The notes under the pieces are model-generated. The model saw nothing but the letters and a program-made list of their open reading frames with translations, made no database searches and was not told the DNA's origin. From Fidelibacterota bacterium (GTDB lineage: Bacteria; Fidelibacterota; Fidelibacteria; Fidelibacterales; Fidelibacteraceae), in NCBI GenBank assembly GCA_034723415.1, contig JAYEOX010000075.1, forward strand, positions 8,427 to 45,397: DNA of 36,971 bases, in the 5' to 3' direction. Position 1 is the first letter of the stretch; the number at the start of each line of letters is the position of its first letter. Of the stretch, positions 1 to 9,538 are shown in pieces. Made by a program: the position numbers and the translations under genes.

Positions 1-70
1 TTTTTACGTCTTAGCGATTTTTCCTGCCCGATTTACAATTATTCTATTAGAATGACAGATAGATGTGATA

Positions 71-958
71 TTATTTTCTTTTAATTTCTCCAATCTCCCA
101 AGGCAAAACAACGGCATTTTTTTTATCAAGTTCGGGTTTCACTCGCATAAAAGCCATTCCTGCATATTTTTTAGAATTGAATTTTGAATTTACCCATTTA
201 TCATAAGTTGTTTCAAATGTAGAATAATTACTTGTAGATGCCTCTCTAAAGTATTTTACTCCATTTTTTTCTACGATCATTAACATGTGAGCTGAAAAAA
301 TATCATCTTTATTTGCAAATAAAAGTGCAACTATGTCGCCATTGTGAACATTATCTTTTACTTTATCCAAATATTTTAAAGGAACATAATCAATTGTGAT
401 TTTCCTATCAGGTTTTATATATCGCAGATCCTCAATTCCCTTATTTTTGAAAAATTGTCTATGTGAAATAGTTCTTGTCATTTTTTTTGCATATTTTCCG
501 ACGACTTGTTTTGAAACATCGTTTAGCAGCCAGCTGTTTTCAGGCAGCCAATCGCCGATCGTATAATGATTTCGCGTTCTCATTCCGATTATTCCATCTT
601 TATATCGTATCTGTTGAAGATTATTGAAAAAATTATCCCAGCTATCAGAAATTGACATTGCCAGCACATGCTCTGAATAAACCATACAATTAGTGCTGTC
701 AAAGTCAACTAAAGGATAAGTTTCAAAGAGGGCATAGGGTCCATCGCCGGTAGCTGTCCAGCTGTATGGCATTCCCAAAAATAATTCCGAATAGAAATTT
801 ATTCTTTCCGTAACTGTCAAATTATTTTGACTTGTTGTTCTCAACAATGAATCAATTTCAAAATTTGTCATATTATAGATCTTTTTTGAATTATTGTTCT
901 CTGCAAATAATATCATCACAACAGAAATTAACAATATAAGTAATTTTTTTATTTTCAT
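71..958 (-). CDS. DUF1460-like exported NlpC/P60-fold cysteine amidase (putative peptidoglycan amidase)
   Basis: Signal peptide; FLGMPY, STNCMVYSEHVLA (Cys), QIRYKDG...RNHYT and SAHM (His) motifs typical of the DUF1460 family; SD AAGGAG upstream. Confidence 0.75.
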   Translation of the reverse strand: MKIKKLLILLISVVMILFAENNNSKKIYNMTNFEIDSLLRTTSQNNLTVTERINFYSELFLGMPYSWTATGDGPYALFETYPLVDFDSTNCMVYSEHVLAMSISDSWDNFFNNLQQIRYKDGIIGMRTRNHYTIGDWLPENSWLLNDVSKQVVGKYAKKMTRTISHRQFFKNKGIEDLRYIKPDRKITIDYVPLKYLDKVKDNVHNGDIVALLFANKDDIFSAHMLMIVEKNGVKYFREASTSNYSTFETTYDKWVNSKFNSKKYAGMAFMRVKPELDKKNAVVLPWEIGEIKRK

Positions 959-1077
959 TTTAACTCCTTATTTCATTTTATTTAAAATTAAATATACAAA
1001 ATTAATGCTTGGGAATGAATAAAAAAATATGTGTATAAAGTTAATAATATCATTATTTCCATTTTTTTTAAAGATTA

Positions 1078-1109
1078 TTTGATTATTTGTAAATATAAAA
1101 CTAAATTTA
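1078..1109 (+). promoter_or_regulatory. Putative sigma-70 promoter of kdsB (TTGATT-N17-TAAATT)
   Basis: TTTG 1078-1081, 20-nt spacer, TAAATTTA 1102-1109; same motif precedes pepC and the GS-family gene. Confidence 0.45.
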
Positions 1110-1116
1110 ACTAATA

Positions 1117-1905
1117 ATGGAGGATTTACATATTAAAAAAAATAATGAGAAATATAATGTAGTTGGAGTTATTCCGACGAGATATGAATCAACGAGATTC
1201 TCGGGGAAACCGTTAATTGAGATTCTTGGAAAAACAATGATCAGACGAGTAATTGACAGAGTTAGAATGACTCAACTTATTGATAAAATAGTCGTAGCTA
1301 CCGATGATATTCGAATTAAAGAAAATGTGGAAAATTATGATTGTGCTGTAGAAATGACAAGTAAAGATCATCAAAGCGGAACTGAAAGGATAGGAGAGAT
1401 ACTGTCAAAATACGATGCAAAATTTTATGTAAATGTTCAAGGTGATGAGCCATTCATTTCACCGCAAGTAATCGACAATACAATAAAATTATTACTAAAT
1501 AATCCTAAATTCTCTGTTACAACAACAGCTATAAATTTTCAAAATATAGATGAATGGAAAAATCCAAATAGAGTGAAAGTTGTTTTAAATGATCATAATG
1601 AAGCAATGTATTTTACGCGGGCAAATATTCCGTATCCAAGAAATAAATGGAAAAATTATCCACCGAATACATATAAACATCTCGGCTTATATTGTTATCG
1701 TAAAGAGGCGATCGTTGACTTTATTAAATTGCATCCGGCAGAATTAGAAAGAACCGAATCGTTGGAACAACTGAGATTTTTGGTCAATGGATTCAAAATT
1801 GGTGTTCATATTACCGATGAAGAATCACCATCGGTTGATACAAAAGATGATCTGGAAATAATAAAAAAATGGGCGAAGAAGAAAAGATTAAAGATTAAAG
1901 ATTAA
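1117..1905 (+). CDS. kdsB: 3-deoxy-manno-octulosonate cytidylyltransferase (CMP-KDO synthetase)
   Basis: IPTRYESTRFSGKPL, SGTERI, VNVQGDEP, HLGLYCYR and ESLEQLR motifs. Confidence 0.95.
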   Translation: MEDLHIKKNNEKYNVVGVIPTRYESTRFSGKPLIEILGKTMIRRVIDRVRMTQLIDKIVVATDDIRIKENVENYDCAVEMTSKDHQSGTERIGEILSKYDAKFYVNVQGDEPFISPQVIDNTIKLLLNNPKFSVTTTAINFQNIDEWKNPNRVKVVLNDHNEAMYFTRANIPYPRNKWKNYPPNTYKHLGLYCYRKEAIVDFIKLHPAELERTESLEQLRFLVNGFKIGVHITDEESPSVDTKDDLEIIKKWAKKKRLKIKD

Positions 1906-1910
1906 AGATA
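1883..1910 (+). repeat. Tandem heptamer (AAAGATT)x3 + AAAGATA overlapping the kdsB stop codon
   Basis: Read directly: 1883-1889, 1890-1896, 1897-1903, 1904-1910; TAA stop at 1903-1905. Confidence 0.85.
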
Positions 1911-2006
1911 GATTTAGAAATGATTGATTATAATTATTTAACCACTTCAGTAGTTTTGAAAATAACAAAATTTTGCGAAATGAAATATAAATAATTTATT
2001 CTGAAG

Positions 2007-2462
2007 TTATAACCCGTAAATATTCACACCGTTTGCTTTGATCAAATAAACTTTTCCGTTTTTATTATTGTGTTCATGTTCATCTGTCTCATCATTTGCC
2101 GAACGTTCAGGGAATCCATCTTTTATTTGAAAAATTCCAACTACTTCTGCTTGCTTTCCAAGACACTTTTCTTTTGGAAATACAAATGGTTTGTTGTCGT
2201 CAATACTAAATATATTTACTTCAGTGCTGTCATTTACTTTAAGACTAATTCGACGACCGGAATGAACACAAACAGATGAAATTTTTCCTTTTACAGCTAT
2301 TTCTCTCCATTCTAAATTATCTTTTTGATTGATCAATTCTTGTGGTGAAATGAATTTTGTTGCAGTAATTTGTGAACCAAAATTTGTAAATTTTTCCGTT
2401 TTCTTTTTTCCACAACTAATGAAGATCATGAGTATAGATAACAATATTAATAATTTACGCAT
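2007..2462 (-). CDS. Lipoprotein, DUF4920-like (OB-fold-like)
   Basis: Lipobox ILMIFISC; FGS...VKGKISSVC...FVFPK...VVG pattern; His/acidic stretch near the C-terminus. Confidence 0.55.
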   Translation of the reverse strand: MRKLLILLSILMIFISCGKKKTEKFTNFGSQITATKFISPQELINQKDNLEWREIAVKGKISSVCVHSGRRISLKVNDSTEVNIFSIDDNKPFVFPKEKCLGKQAEVVGIFQIKDGFPERSANDETDEHEHNNKNGKVYLIKANGVNIYGL

Positions 2463-2488
2463 GATATTTCTCCTATATATTTTTAAAT

Positions 2489-3562
2489 TTAAACATTAAA
2501 TCTAATATTTAAAATATCTCCATCATTGACAATATGATTTTTCCCTTCTATTCTGACAGCTCCATTTTCCTTTGCTTTTGTGATGGAATTGTATTTGATA
2601 AATTCATTGTAATTTATTACTTCTGCTCTGATGAATCCCTTTTCCAGATCAGAATGAATAGTACCGGCTGCTTCTTTTGCTGTGGAATCATTTTTAATTG
2701 TCCAAGCCCTAACTTCATCTTTTCCTACGGTAAAAAAACTAATTAATCCCAATCCTTTATAGGCGGTTTTTATAACTTGTTTTATTGCCGGTTCCTCAAT
2801 TCCTATTTCCTGCATGAATTCTTTTTGTTCTTCAGGATTTAACTCCTGAATCTCTTTTTCTTCCAATGCGGATACTGAAGTCATTGCTTTATTTGGGAAT
2901 ATATTTTCAATTTCTTGTTGGTATTTTTCTCTTTGTGAATAGTGTGACTCGTCGAAATTTAGAACGATTATTAAAGGTTTTTGAGAAAGGAACTGAAATC
3001 CTCTAATCAATCTGTTTTCTTCCATGGAAAAATCGCCAGTTCGTAATGGTTTTTCATTATCTAATATTTTTTTACTTTTTAAAAGAATATCGTGTTCTTT
3101 TGGATCGTATATTGGAGCTGCTCTTAATTTTAACTTTTCTACTTTTTCTAAACGATTTTCTAAAACCATTAAATCACTAAAAATAAGCTCTTCTTCAATT
3201 AATTTTATATTATTTTTCGGATCAATTTTGAATTGACTTCCGTCTGAATTTACACCATCAAACATCTGAATTACAGCTACTAATCCATCAACTTGTCTCA
3301 CGGATTCTAAATATTTCCCTGATATATTGTGTTTGCTTTCTGATGATATTCCCATAATATCGATACAATCAAATTTTGCGAAAGTTGTTTTTTTTGGTTC
3401 ATATATTTCGCTTAAATTTTTAATGCGATCATCAGCAACAACAACTTGTCCTCGTCGAATTTCTCCAACTCCGGTGTTTGCAGTCTCAAAATGATTATTT
3501 GTTAGCAACTCAAATAGTGTGCTTTTCCCAGAAAATTTTAATCCAATAAATCCTAATTGCAT
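2489..3562 (-). CDS. ychF: YchF/Obg-family P-loop ATPase (DUF933 C-terminal domain)
   Basis: GLKFSGKST P-loop, DIMG, FFTVGKDEVRAW, AAGTIHSDLEKGFIRAEV, DGDILNIRFNV; start moved to ATG 3562 behind SD AGGAG. Confidence 0.9.
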   Translation of the reverse strand: MQLGFIGLKFSGKSTLFELLTNNHFETANTGVGEIRRGQVVVADDRIKNLSEIYEPKKTTFAKFDCIDIMGISSESKHNISGKYLESVRQVDGLVAVIQMFDGVNSDGSQFKIDPKNNIKLIEEELIFSDLMVLENRLEKVEKLKLRAAPIYDPKEHDILLKSKKILDNEKPLRTGDFSMEENRLIRGFQFLSQKPLIIVLNFDESHYSQREKYQQEIENIFPNKAMTSVSALEEKEIQELNPEEQKEFMQEIGIEEPAIKQVIKTAYKGLGLISFFTVGKDEVRAWTIKNDSTAKEAAGTIHSDLEKGFIRAEVINYNEFIKYNSITKAKENGAVRIEGKNHIVNDGDILNIRFNV

Positions 3563-3646
3563 GTTTCTCCTTTTTAATTTCATGGGAAAAATACAAAAGT
3601 ATTTCAAAAAAAACAATTATATAATAATGAGAATTTTAATTAATTA

Positions 3647-3678
3647 TTTGATAAATTTAAAAAAATAAATTAAATTTA
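3647..3678 (+). promoter_or_regulatory. Putative sigma-70 promoter of pepC (TTGATA-N17-TAAATT)
   Basis: TTTG 3647-3650, 20-nt spacer, TAAATTTA 3671-3678. Confidence 0.45.
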
Positions 3679-3713
3679 TTCAGTTGTTAAAAAAAATATT
3701 ATTGGAGGAAACA

Positions 3714-5099
3714 ATGAAAAAAATCTATTTTGTAATACTAATCTTGATTTCAGCTAGTGTTTTTGCACAGAATAATGGTGCGATTACTAATGAAAATTTA
3801 GAAAATTTTAAAAAAAGTGTATCAGGAACAGGTAGTCAGAAAGCAATAATGAATGCCTTAGCAAATCATCGTATAAAAGATTTGGCAGTTGATAGGGAAA
3901 CTTATATAAAACAGGATGAACTATTTACAAAGAAATTAGATGTAAAGGGAATATCAAATCAAAAATCGACTGGTCGTTGTTGGTTATTCGCAGGGTTAAA
4001 TATTTTTCGTCCGCGAATGATAGAAAAATATAATCTTGAAAATTTTGAATTTTCTCAAAGTTATTTATCTTTTTATGATAAATTAGAAAAATCAAATCTA
4101 TTCATTAATCAAATAATAAAGTGGAAGGATAAAGATCCTGAAAGTAGAGAAGTTGATTGGTTATTAGATCATGTAGTTGGTGATGGTGGGCAGTGGAATA
4201 TGGTTGTTGATTTGATAGAAAAATACGGAATGGTTCCACAATATGCGATGCCTGAAACATATTCAAGTTCTCATACTGGAGATCTATCATATTTGATGAG
4301 AAAGAAAATGTATCAAACAGCTTCAAAAATTTTTAATGCAAATAAAACAGGTGATGCGACAGTTGAAGATTATGAGGAAATTAGAATAAATGCACTTGGA
4401 GATATTTATAAATTATTAGCAATGACATTTGGAAAACCACCAAAAAGTTTCATTTGGAAATACAAAAATGAGGATGGTGATGTTAAAATTGATAAAGAAT
4501 ATACTCCACAAGAATTCGCTCAAAAAATTGTAAAAGTTGATTTGGAAAATTATGTTTATATTTTGAGTAATCCATTAGAAGAATATTATCAGACATATAG
4601 AGTGGAATTGGATAGAGATATGTTTGACAAAGAAAATATGTTCGTTTTAAATTTACCGACAAGTGATATGAAAAAATTAGCAACAGCTCAAATTATGGAT
4701 GATACTCCTGTTTGGTTTGGATGTGATGTTGGAAAGGAATTTGACAGTGACGGTTTTATGATAAGGGGAATTAAGGATTATGAGAGTTTATTTGGTATTA
4801 ATTTTGATCTTACAAGAAAAGAACAAGTTCTCTATAATTCATCAATTCCAACACATGCGATGGTTTTTATTGGTGTAGATATAAAAGACAATAAACCGCA
4901 AAAATGGTTGGTAGAAAATTCTTGGGGAACAGATAGGGGTAGAGAAGGATACTGGACTTTAGGGAATGATTGGTTTGATAAATATATGTATGGCGTGATA
5001 ATTGAAAAGAAACATTTGTCAGCAAAAATGTTGAAAGCACTTGAGACAGAACCGATTATTTTACCGCCTTGGGATGCAATGTGGAAAGGAATGGAGTAG
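3714..5099 (+). CDS. pepC: Aminopeptidase C / bleomycin hydrolase (peptidase C1B) with signal peptide
   Basis: QKSTGRCW (catalytic Cys), THAM (His), VENSWG (Asn), DGGQW, C-terminal PWD; start set to ATG 3714 behind GGAGG. Confidence 0.9.
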   Translation: MKKIYFVILILISASVFAQNNGAITNENLENFKKSVSGTGSQKAIMNALANHRIKDLAVDRETYIKQDELFTKKLDVKGISNQKSTGRCWLFAGLNIFRPRMIEKYNLENFEFSQSYLSFYDKLEKSNLFINQIIKWKDKDPESREVDWLLDHVVGDGGQWNMVVDLIEKYGMVPQYAMPETYSSSHTGDLSYLMRKKMYQTASKIFNANKTGDATVEDYEEIRINALGDIYKLLAMTFGKPPKSFIWKYKNEDGDVKIDKEYTPQEFAQKIVKVDLENYVYILSNPLEEYYQTYRVELDRDMFDKENMFVLNLPTSDMKKLATAQIMDDTPVWFGCDVGKEFDSDGFMIRGIKDYESLFGINFDLTRKEQVLYNSSIPTHAMVFIGVDIKDNKPQKWLVENSWGTDRGREGYWTLGNDWFDKYMYGVIIEKKHLSAKMLKALETEPIILPPWDAMWKGME

Positions 5100-5110
5100 G
5101 AAAATTAACT

Positions 5111-5231
5111 ACCGAATACACCGAAAAAATACCAAAAGTAAAAATAAAAAAAGATTGTGTAAAAAACTTAATAACCAAAATCACAAAAATTACTTAGTGA
5201 TTAATTTATTCTTTGCGTGTTTTGTGTGAAA
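5111..5231. repeat. Intergenic dispersed-repeat cluster between convergent pepC and yigZ
   Basis: GAATACACCGAAAAAA (5114-5129) recurs exactly at 19135-19150; TTAATTTATTCTTTGCGTGTTTTGTGT (5201-5227) recurs at 36922-36947 with one mismatch and one indel. Confidence 0.6.
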
Positions 5232-5244
5232 TTTTTCTTCTTTT

Positions 5245-5850
5245 TCACTCTATACACTCACCAACAACTTCTCCACTCGTAGCATTCTTAACATTCTCAA
5301 TTATTATTTCTTCTTCTCCGAAATTAACTTCGAGTACAATTGAAATATTCTTTTTAAAATTCTGATCTAATTTAATTATATTTATTTTATTGAATTCTTT
5401 AAGGAGTAATGGATGCTGAGTATATGAACATTTAAAATAGATCTTTTGCCCGAAAACTATTTTCTTTTTTTTACTCAAAGCAAGTGTATGTTCAGCACAA
5501 TAGCCATAAGCTTTTATCAATCCGCCGATCCCTAATTTTTTACCACCGAAATATCGTGTAACAATTAGTAAAACATCAGAAATATTATGCTTTAAGAATT
5601 CATTGTAAATTGGTTTGCCTGCAGATCCACTTGGCTCACCGTCATCATTATATCTAAAATTATCATTGTCTTTTATTCCAATTCGATAAGCATAACAATT
5701 ATGATTTGCTGAGTGATGTTTCTTTCTCATTTTATCTAATATTTCATCAATTTTATCAATACTTTTTACATGAAAAACATTTCCGATAAATTTACTTCCT
5801 TTTTCAATAAATTTAAATTGCTGTGTGTTTTTAATTGTATAATATTTCAT
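5245..5850 (-). CDS. yigZ: YigZ/IMPACT family protein
   Basis: KGSKFIG, ANHNCYAY, DDGEPSGSAGKP and VTRYFGGKKLGIGGLIKAY motifs. Confidence 0.92.
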   Translation of the reverse strand: MKYYTIKNTQQFKFIEKGSKFIGNVFHVKSIDKIDEILDKMRKKHHSANHNCYAYRIGIKDNDNFRYNDDGEPSGSAGKPIYNEFLKHNISDVLLIVTRYFGGKKLGIGGLIKAYGYCAEHTLALSKKKKIVFGQKIYFKCSYTQHPLLLKEFNKINIIKLDQNFKKNISIVLEVNFGEEEIIIENVKNATSGEVVGECIE

Positions 5851-5868
5851 TAAAAGTGAATTTTTTGT

Positions 5869-7482
5869 CTATTTTATGAATGTGAATTTTTTGATGAATT
5901 TTTTATCGGGCAAAATTAATTGTAAAAAATAGATACCACTTGGTGTGTTTGATCTGCTAATGGTTTGAGGCGAAATTGTCAAATTATGTTTTCCTTCAGT
6001 AAGTTCTGAATTATTTAAATTTATCGAGTTTGTTTTTTGTCCAAGAATATTGAAGAAATTAATTTTTCCTGAATTGTAATCATTTTGTATGAAATATTCC
6101 AGTGTAATATTTTGATTTGATGAGACCGGATTTGGATAAATTGATGTAAGCTCTGTAAAATATTTTTCAATAATTAGATTGCCTTTTACACTGTCTTGAC
6201 TACCGATTGATAAAAAAAGCTCAGCTGATAATGAAGAGATTTGGATTTTTGTTGAACTTGAAGAAATATCATAAACGTTTGTAGTATTTCCATCGAATAA
6301 AACAGCAGAGATTTGATAGGAATCATCAGATTCAAAATGAATATTTATTTGTGGAATATTTATATCTGCAATTTTGTAAAATGTATTTGAATAATGTCCA
6401 CTTACAATTTGAATATTCATCGTTTGATCATCATTATAATAAAAATAATTATCTGTATTATTTGAAAATTTTATTGAAGGAATAATTTCAGCATCGGGGA
6501 AAAACGATTGTTCTGGAAAATTATTTTCACCGCAGTAGATATGAGAAACGCCCCATTCGGATAGAGCATTATTCCAGCCGGATTCGTTAGAATTTAAAAA
6601 AGTTGTCAAGGCGGACATTGCATTTCCTTCTAAAATGTTTCCCCAAATTTCCATTATTGGATTATTTTTATTTGTTTTATATTTTTCATCTAAATAAATA
6701 TTCCAACTACAAAGTTGGTAAAAACCGGGGCTATTATATTTATCAATTTGATTGCCCCAATTTGTTATATAATCTTCTGTATATTGAATATAATCATTTA
6801 CTTCCGGAAATATTTTATCCTCAAACCAAACAGCACAAGCTTCCAAATACCAAACATCACTATCAAAAAAGAAATTATAACCAAGTTGAAAGACATGAAA
6901 TAATTCGTGAGCACAAGTTACTTTCAGTGCAGATGTATCATTGGTATAATAAAGATCACCGATCATATCATTGTCAATTTCGATGTAAGCGGTGTAATCG
7001 TGTGTCCTTGGAGTTGATGTAACCTCATTTTCAGGTATTGTACCTCCATAATTTCCGTTCCCAAGATTTGAAAAATAAACATCAATTTGTGGATCTTCAG
7101 AATCATCTATTGGTGGAATCAAAAATCCTAATGTATCGTGTAGATAAAAATATGATGCTTCTAAATATTGACCGGCGCGAATTATATAATCAGGAATAGA
7201 AGTATTTAAAGTATATGATTGAGCTATGGAATCATTGCCACTATTGTCAAAATGTAATTTGAATAAATTGTTTTTAGATGTAAATATCGCATCTTTATCC
7301 GGACGGTATGTAGTTTTATATAATCTTAAACTGATAGCAGAATTATTAATATTTCTAACTGCTGCGGAAGTTTTCCAAATACTTTTTGGAGTTGAAATAT
7401 TTTGTGAATTATTGATATTTGTAAATACTAATAATAATATAATTAATTTGAATATTCTTTTAAATACAATTGTTTTTTTCAA
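5869..7482 (-). CDS. Secreted HEXXH zinc-metallopeptidase-like protein with T9SS type-A-like C-terminal sorting domain
   Basis: N-terminal signal; CAHELFHVFQ followed by WYLEACAVWFE; C-terminal IYPNP...FNILGQK...SGIYFLQL...KKFTFIK; TTG start. Confidence 0.7.
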   Translation of the reverse strand: MKKTIVFKRIFKLIILLLVFTNINNSQNISTPKSIWKTSAAVRNINNSAISLRLYKTTYRPDKDAIFTSKNNLFKLHFDNSGNDSIAQSYTLNTSIPDYIIRAGQYLEASYFYLHDTLGFLIPPIDDSEDPQIDVYFSNLGNGNYGGTIPENEVTSTPRTHDYTAYIEIDNDMIGDLYYTNDTSALKVTCAHELFHVFQLGYNFFFDSDVWYLEACAVWFEDKIFPEVNDYIQYTEDYITNWGNQIDKYNSPGFYQLCSWNIYLDEKYKTNKNNPIMEIWGNILEGNAMSALTTFLNSNESGWNNALSEWGVSHIYCGENNFPEQSFFPDAEIIPSIKFSNNTDNYFYYNDDQTMNIQIVSGHYSNTFYKIADINIPQINIHFESDDSYQISAVLFDGNTTNVYDISSSSTKIQISSLSAELFLSIGSQDSVKGNLIIEKYFTELTSIYPNPVSSNQNITLEYFIQNDYNSGKINFFNILGQKTNSINLNNSELTEGKHNLTISPQTISRSNTPSGIYFLQLILPDKKFIKKFTFIK

Positions 7483-7670
7483 ATTGTTTTTCTTTTTATC
7501 TTTTTTTTTAGTTTCATTTTCATCTTGATATCGTCTTTAACATCATTAATGGCTTTTTTGAATTCTTTTAAACCTTTCCCCATGCCTTTAGATAATTTTT
7601 GTAGTTTTTTAGCTCTAAATAATAGTATAACTATTAAAAATATTAGTATTCAAAATCCGGATATACTTAT
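7479..7670 (-). pseudogene. tatA: Degenerate twin-arginine translocase TatA/E subunit
   Basis: Manual translation from ATA 7670 (SD AGAGG upstream): ISISGF*ILIFLIVILLFRAKKLQKLSKGMGKGLKEFKKAINDVKDDI...; matches TatA LLFGAKKLP..KG.GKG.KEFKKA but has no ATG, a TGA at 7652-7650, G>R and P>Q. Confidence 0.85.
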
Positions 7671-7679
7671 AATATCCTC

Positions 7680-7943
7680 TTAACGAGTAAATTTTAATAA
7701 ATAATAACCAAATGCCATTCCGATCAAGCCAACAACATTGAACCTCAACATTAAAGAAAATGAGAATTTAATAAAATGTAGATCTATAGAGAGCGGGTCT
7801 TTAATTCCAAGTGGAATACTTGCAAGAAAGAATTCTTTGACCACTCCTGCCGGTAAGATCAATACAAATATCTCACTGATAACACTTCCAATAATTGCAC
7901 CAATTAATAAAATGCCTATCACCTTTCCAATATTTTTTTTCAT
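7680..7943 (-). CDS. DUF4321-like small membrane protein
   Basis: Two hydrophobic segments, LLIGAIIGS...P.SIDL.FIKFSF...FNVVGLIG pattern; ATG 7943 behind GGAG. Confidence 0.65.
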   Translation of the reverse strand: MKKNIGKVIGILLIGAIIGSVISEIFVLILPAGVVKEFFLASIPLGIKDPLSIDLHFIKFSFSLMLRFNVVGLIGMAFGYYLLKFTR

Positions 7944-7978
7944 TCTAAATTGCTCCAAAAATTTTGTTTTATTGCTGA

Positions 7979-8746
7979 TTATTCATCTATATCAATTTCC
8001 ATTTCTTCATTTTTAGACGATGATTGTTTCCGCCAATAATTTAATATATTAATTAAGATCAATAAAAAAATTAACGGGAACATTATCTTTTCTTGATATA
8101 CGATAAGTATCAATAATATTAATAAAATAAGAATTGTATCTTTTTTGTATTTAGAATCTTTTCTTAAAGAAAATTTATTAACTTTTTTAAATATTATATC
8201 GCTTACCATTAAATATCCGATAATTATATAATAAGTTGGGAAAATAATGTTAATTGGGAAATAAATATTATTTAGAAGATTCTTATGAACGATTATAAAC
8301 ATAATAAAGCTTACAATTGACAATGCGGCTAATGGTGAAGGCATTCCAATGAAATGATCAATGGATTCTCTATGTGCTATAACATTAAATCTTGCTAATC
8401 TGATGGTTCCAAAAATAACGAAAGTAAATGAAAGCATTAATCCCCATCCACCAAATTTACAGAAAAACATATTATATGATAAAATTGCCGGAGCGATAAC
8501 AAATGAAATTAGGTCCGCCAATGAATCCATTTCAACACCAAAATCAGATGAACCGTGAACTAATCGCGCAACTTTACCATCTAATCCATCAAAAATTGCA
8601 GCGAAAAATATTAACCATCCTGCGATAATAAAATTATCAAAGCCCTGCCTAAATGAGAATGAAATAGATATAAATCCAAGAAACATATTTAATAATGTAA
8701 AAATGCTTGGCCAAACGGTTCTTTTTATTTTTATTTTTCTTCTCAT
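7979..8746 (-). CDS. pssA: CDP-diacylglycerol--serine O-phosphatidyltransferase
   Basis: DGLDGKVAR...G.EMDSLAD CDP-alcohol phosphotransferase motif, IRLARFN, FIGMPSP; adjacent to psd. Confidence 0.92.
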   Translation of the reverse strand: MRRKIKIKRTVWPSIFTLLNMFLGFISISFSFRQGFDNFIIAGWLIFFAAIFDGLDGKVARLVHGSSDFGVEMDSLADLISFVIAPAILSYNMFFCKFGGWGLMLSFTFVIFGTIRLARFNVIAHRESIDHFIGMPSPLAALSIVSFIMFIIVHKNLLNNIYFPINIIFPTYYIIIGYLMVSDIIFKKVNKFSLRKDSKYKKDTILILLILLILIVYQEKIMFPLIFLLILINILNYWRKQSSSKNEEMEIDIDE

Positions 8747-9414
8747 TTGATTTTATCGTTATTTGTAAATTTACCAATTATTGTTTCGCCACCGCGAACT
8801 TTTTCACCGATTTTTGCATCTAATCTAAAATTTTTTTTCGGAATTATCATGTCAATTCTACTACTAAATTTCATTAATCCAAATCTTTCTCCCGCTTTTA
8901 CAATGTCATTTAGTTGCAAATTGCATACCAATCGTCTGGCAATGATTCCTGCTACTTGTTGGACTCTTATTGAACCATATTTTGAATCAATATCAAAAAC
9001 ATATTTTTCGTTCAATTCTGAAGCTTTTGGATTGAATGCAGCTAAAAATTTTCCCTTATGATATTTTATTAATGAAATTTTTCCGCCAATAGGAATACGA
9101 TTTATATGTACATTCGTCAATGAAAGAAAAATGGAGATCATTGTTGATGGTTCTTTTGAAATAGGATGTAGAATATTTTCCTTGATGGAAATAATTTTTC
9201 CGTCAGCAGGTGAAACTAACAAATTTCCTTCTGTGGGAATTTTTCGATTTGGATCTCTAAAGAAATATATACAAAATAAAAATAACAATAATGATATATA
9301 TACAACAATTAGTAAAAATGAATTTAAATAAATAACATTTTTAAATATTAAATATAGTAATTCAGAGAATATTGTTATGAAGAGAAAAGATAATGTTGTA
9401 CTTTTTGCTGCCAT
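8743..9414 (-). CDS. psd: Phosphatidylserine decarboxylase proenzyme (short type)
   Basis: YFFRDPNR, VSPADGK, SIFLS..NVHINR.P, QVAGIIARR, G..KFSSR.D self-cleavage region. Confidence 0.92.
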   Translation of the reverse strand: MAAKSTTLSFLFITIFSELLYLIFKNVIYLNSFLLIVVYISLLLFLFCIYFFRDPNRKIPTEGNLLVSPADGKIISIKENILHPISKEPSTMISIFLSLTNVHINRIPIGGKISLIKYHKGKFLAAFNPKASELNEKYVFDIDSKYGSIRVQQVAGIIARRLVCNLQLNDIVKAGERFGLMKFSSRIDMIIPKKNFRLDAKIGEKVRGGETIIGKFTNNDKIK

Positions 9415-9538
9415 TTATAGCTCCTTTTAGCTTATCAATAAAGATAAGGAATATTTTTTAAAATAAGTATATTTTTTTGAGAATAATAATAGAACATAGA
9501 TATTAATACGAATTTTTAGACAGAAATCTAAACTTTAT

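Noticed and set aside
7650..7652. TGA recoding (Trp/Gly/Sec) rescuing tatA
   Set aside because: TGA serves as a normal stop elsewhere (putP, yigZ, tfrB-like), no other conserved gene has an internal TGA, and tatA has further lesions
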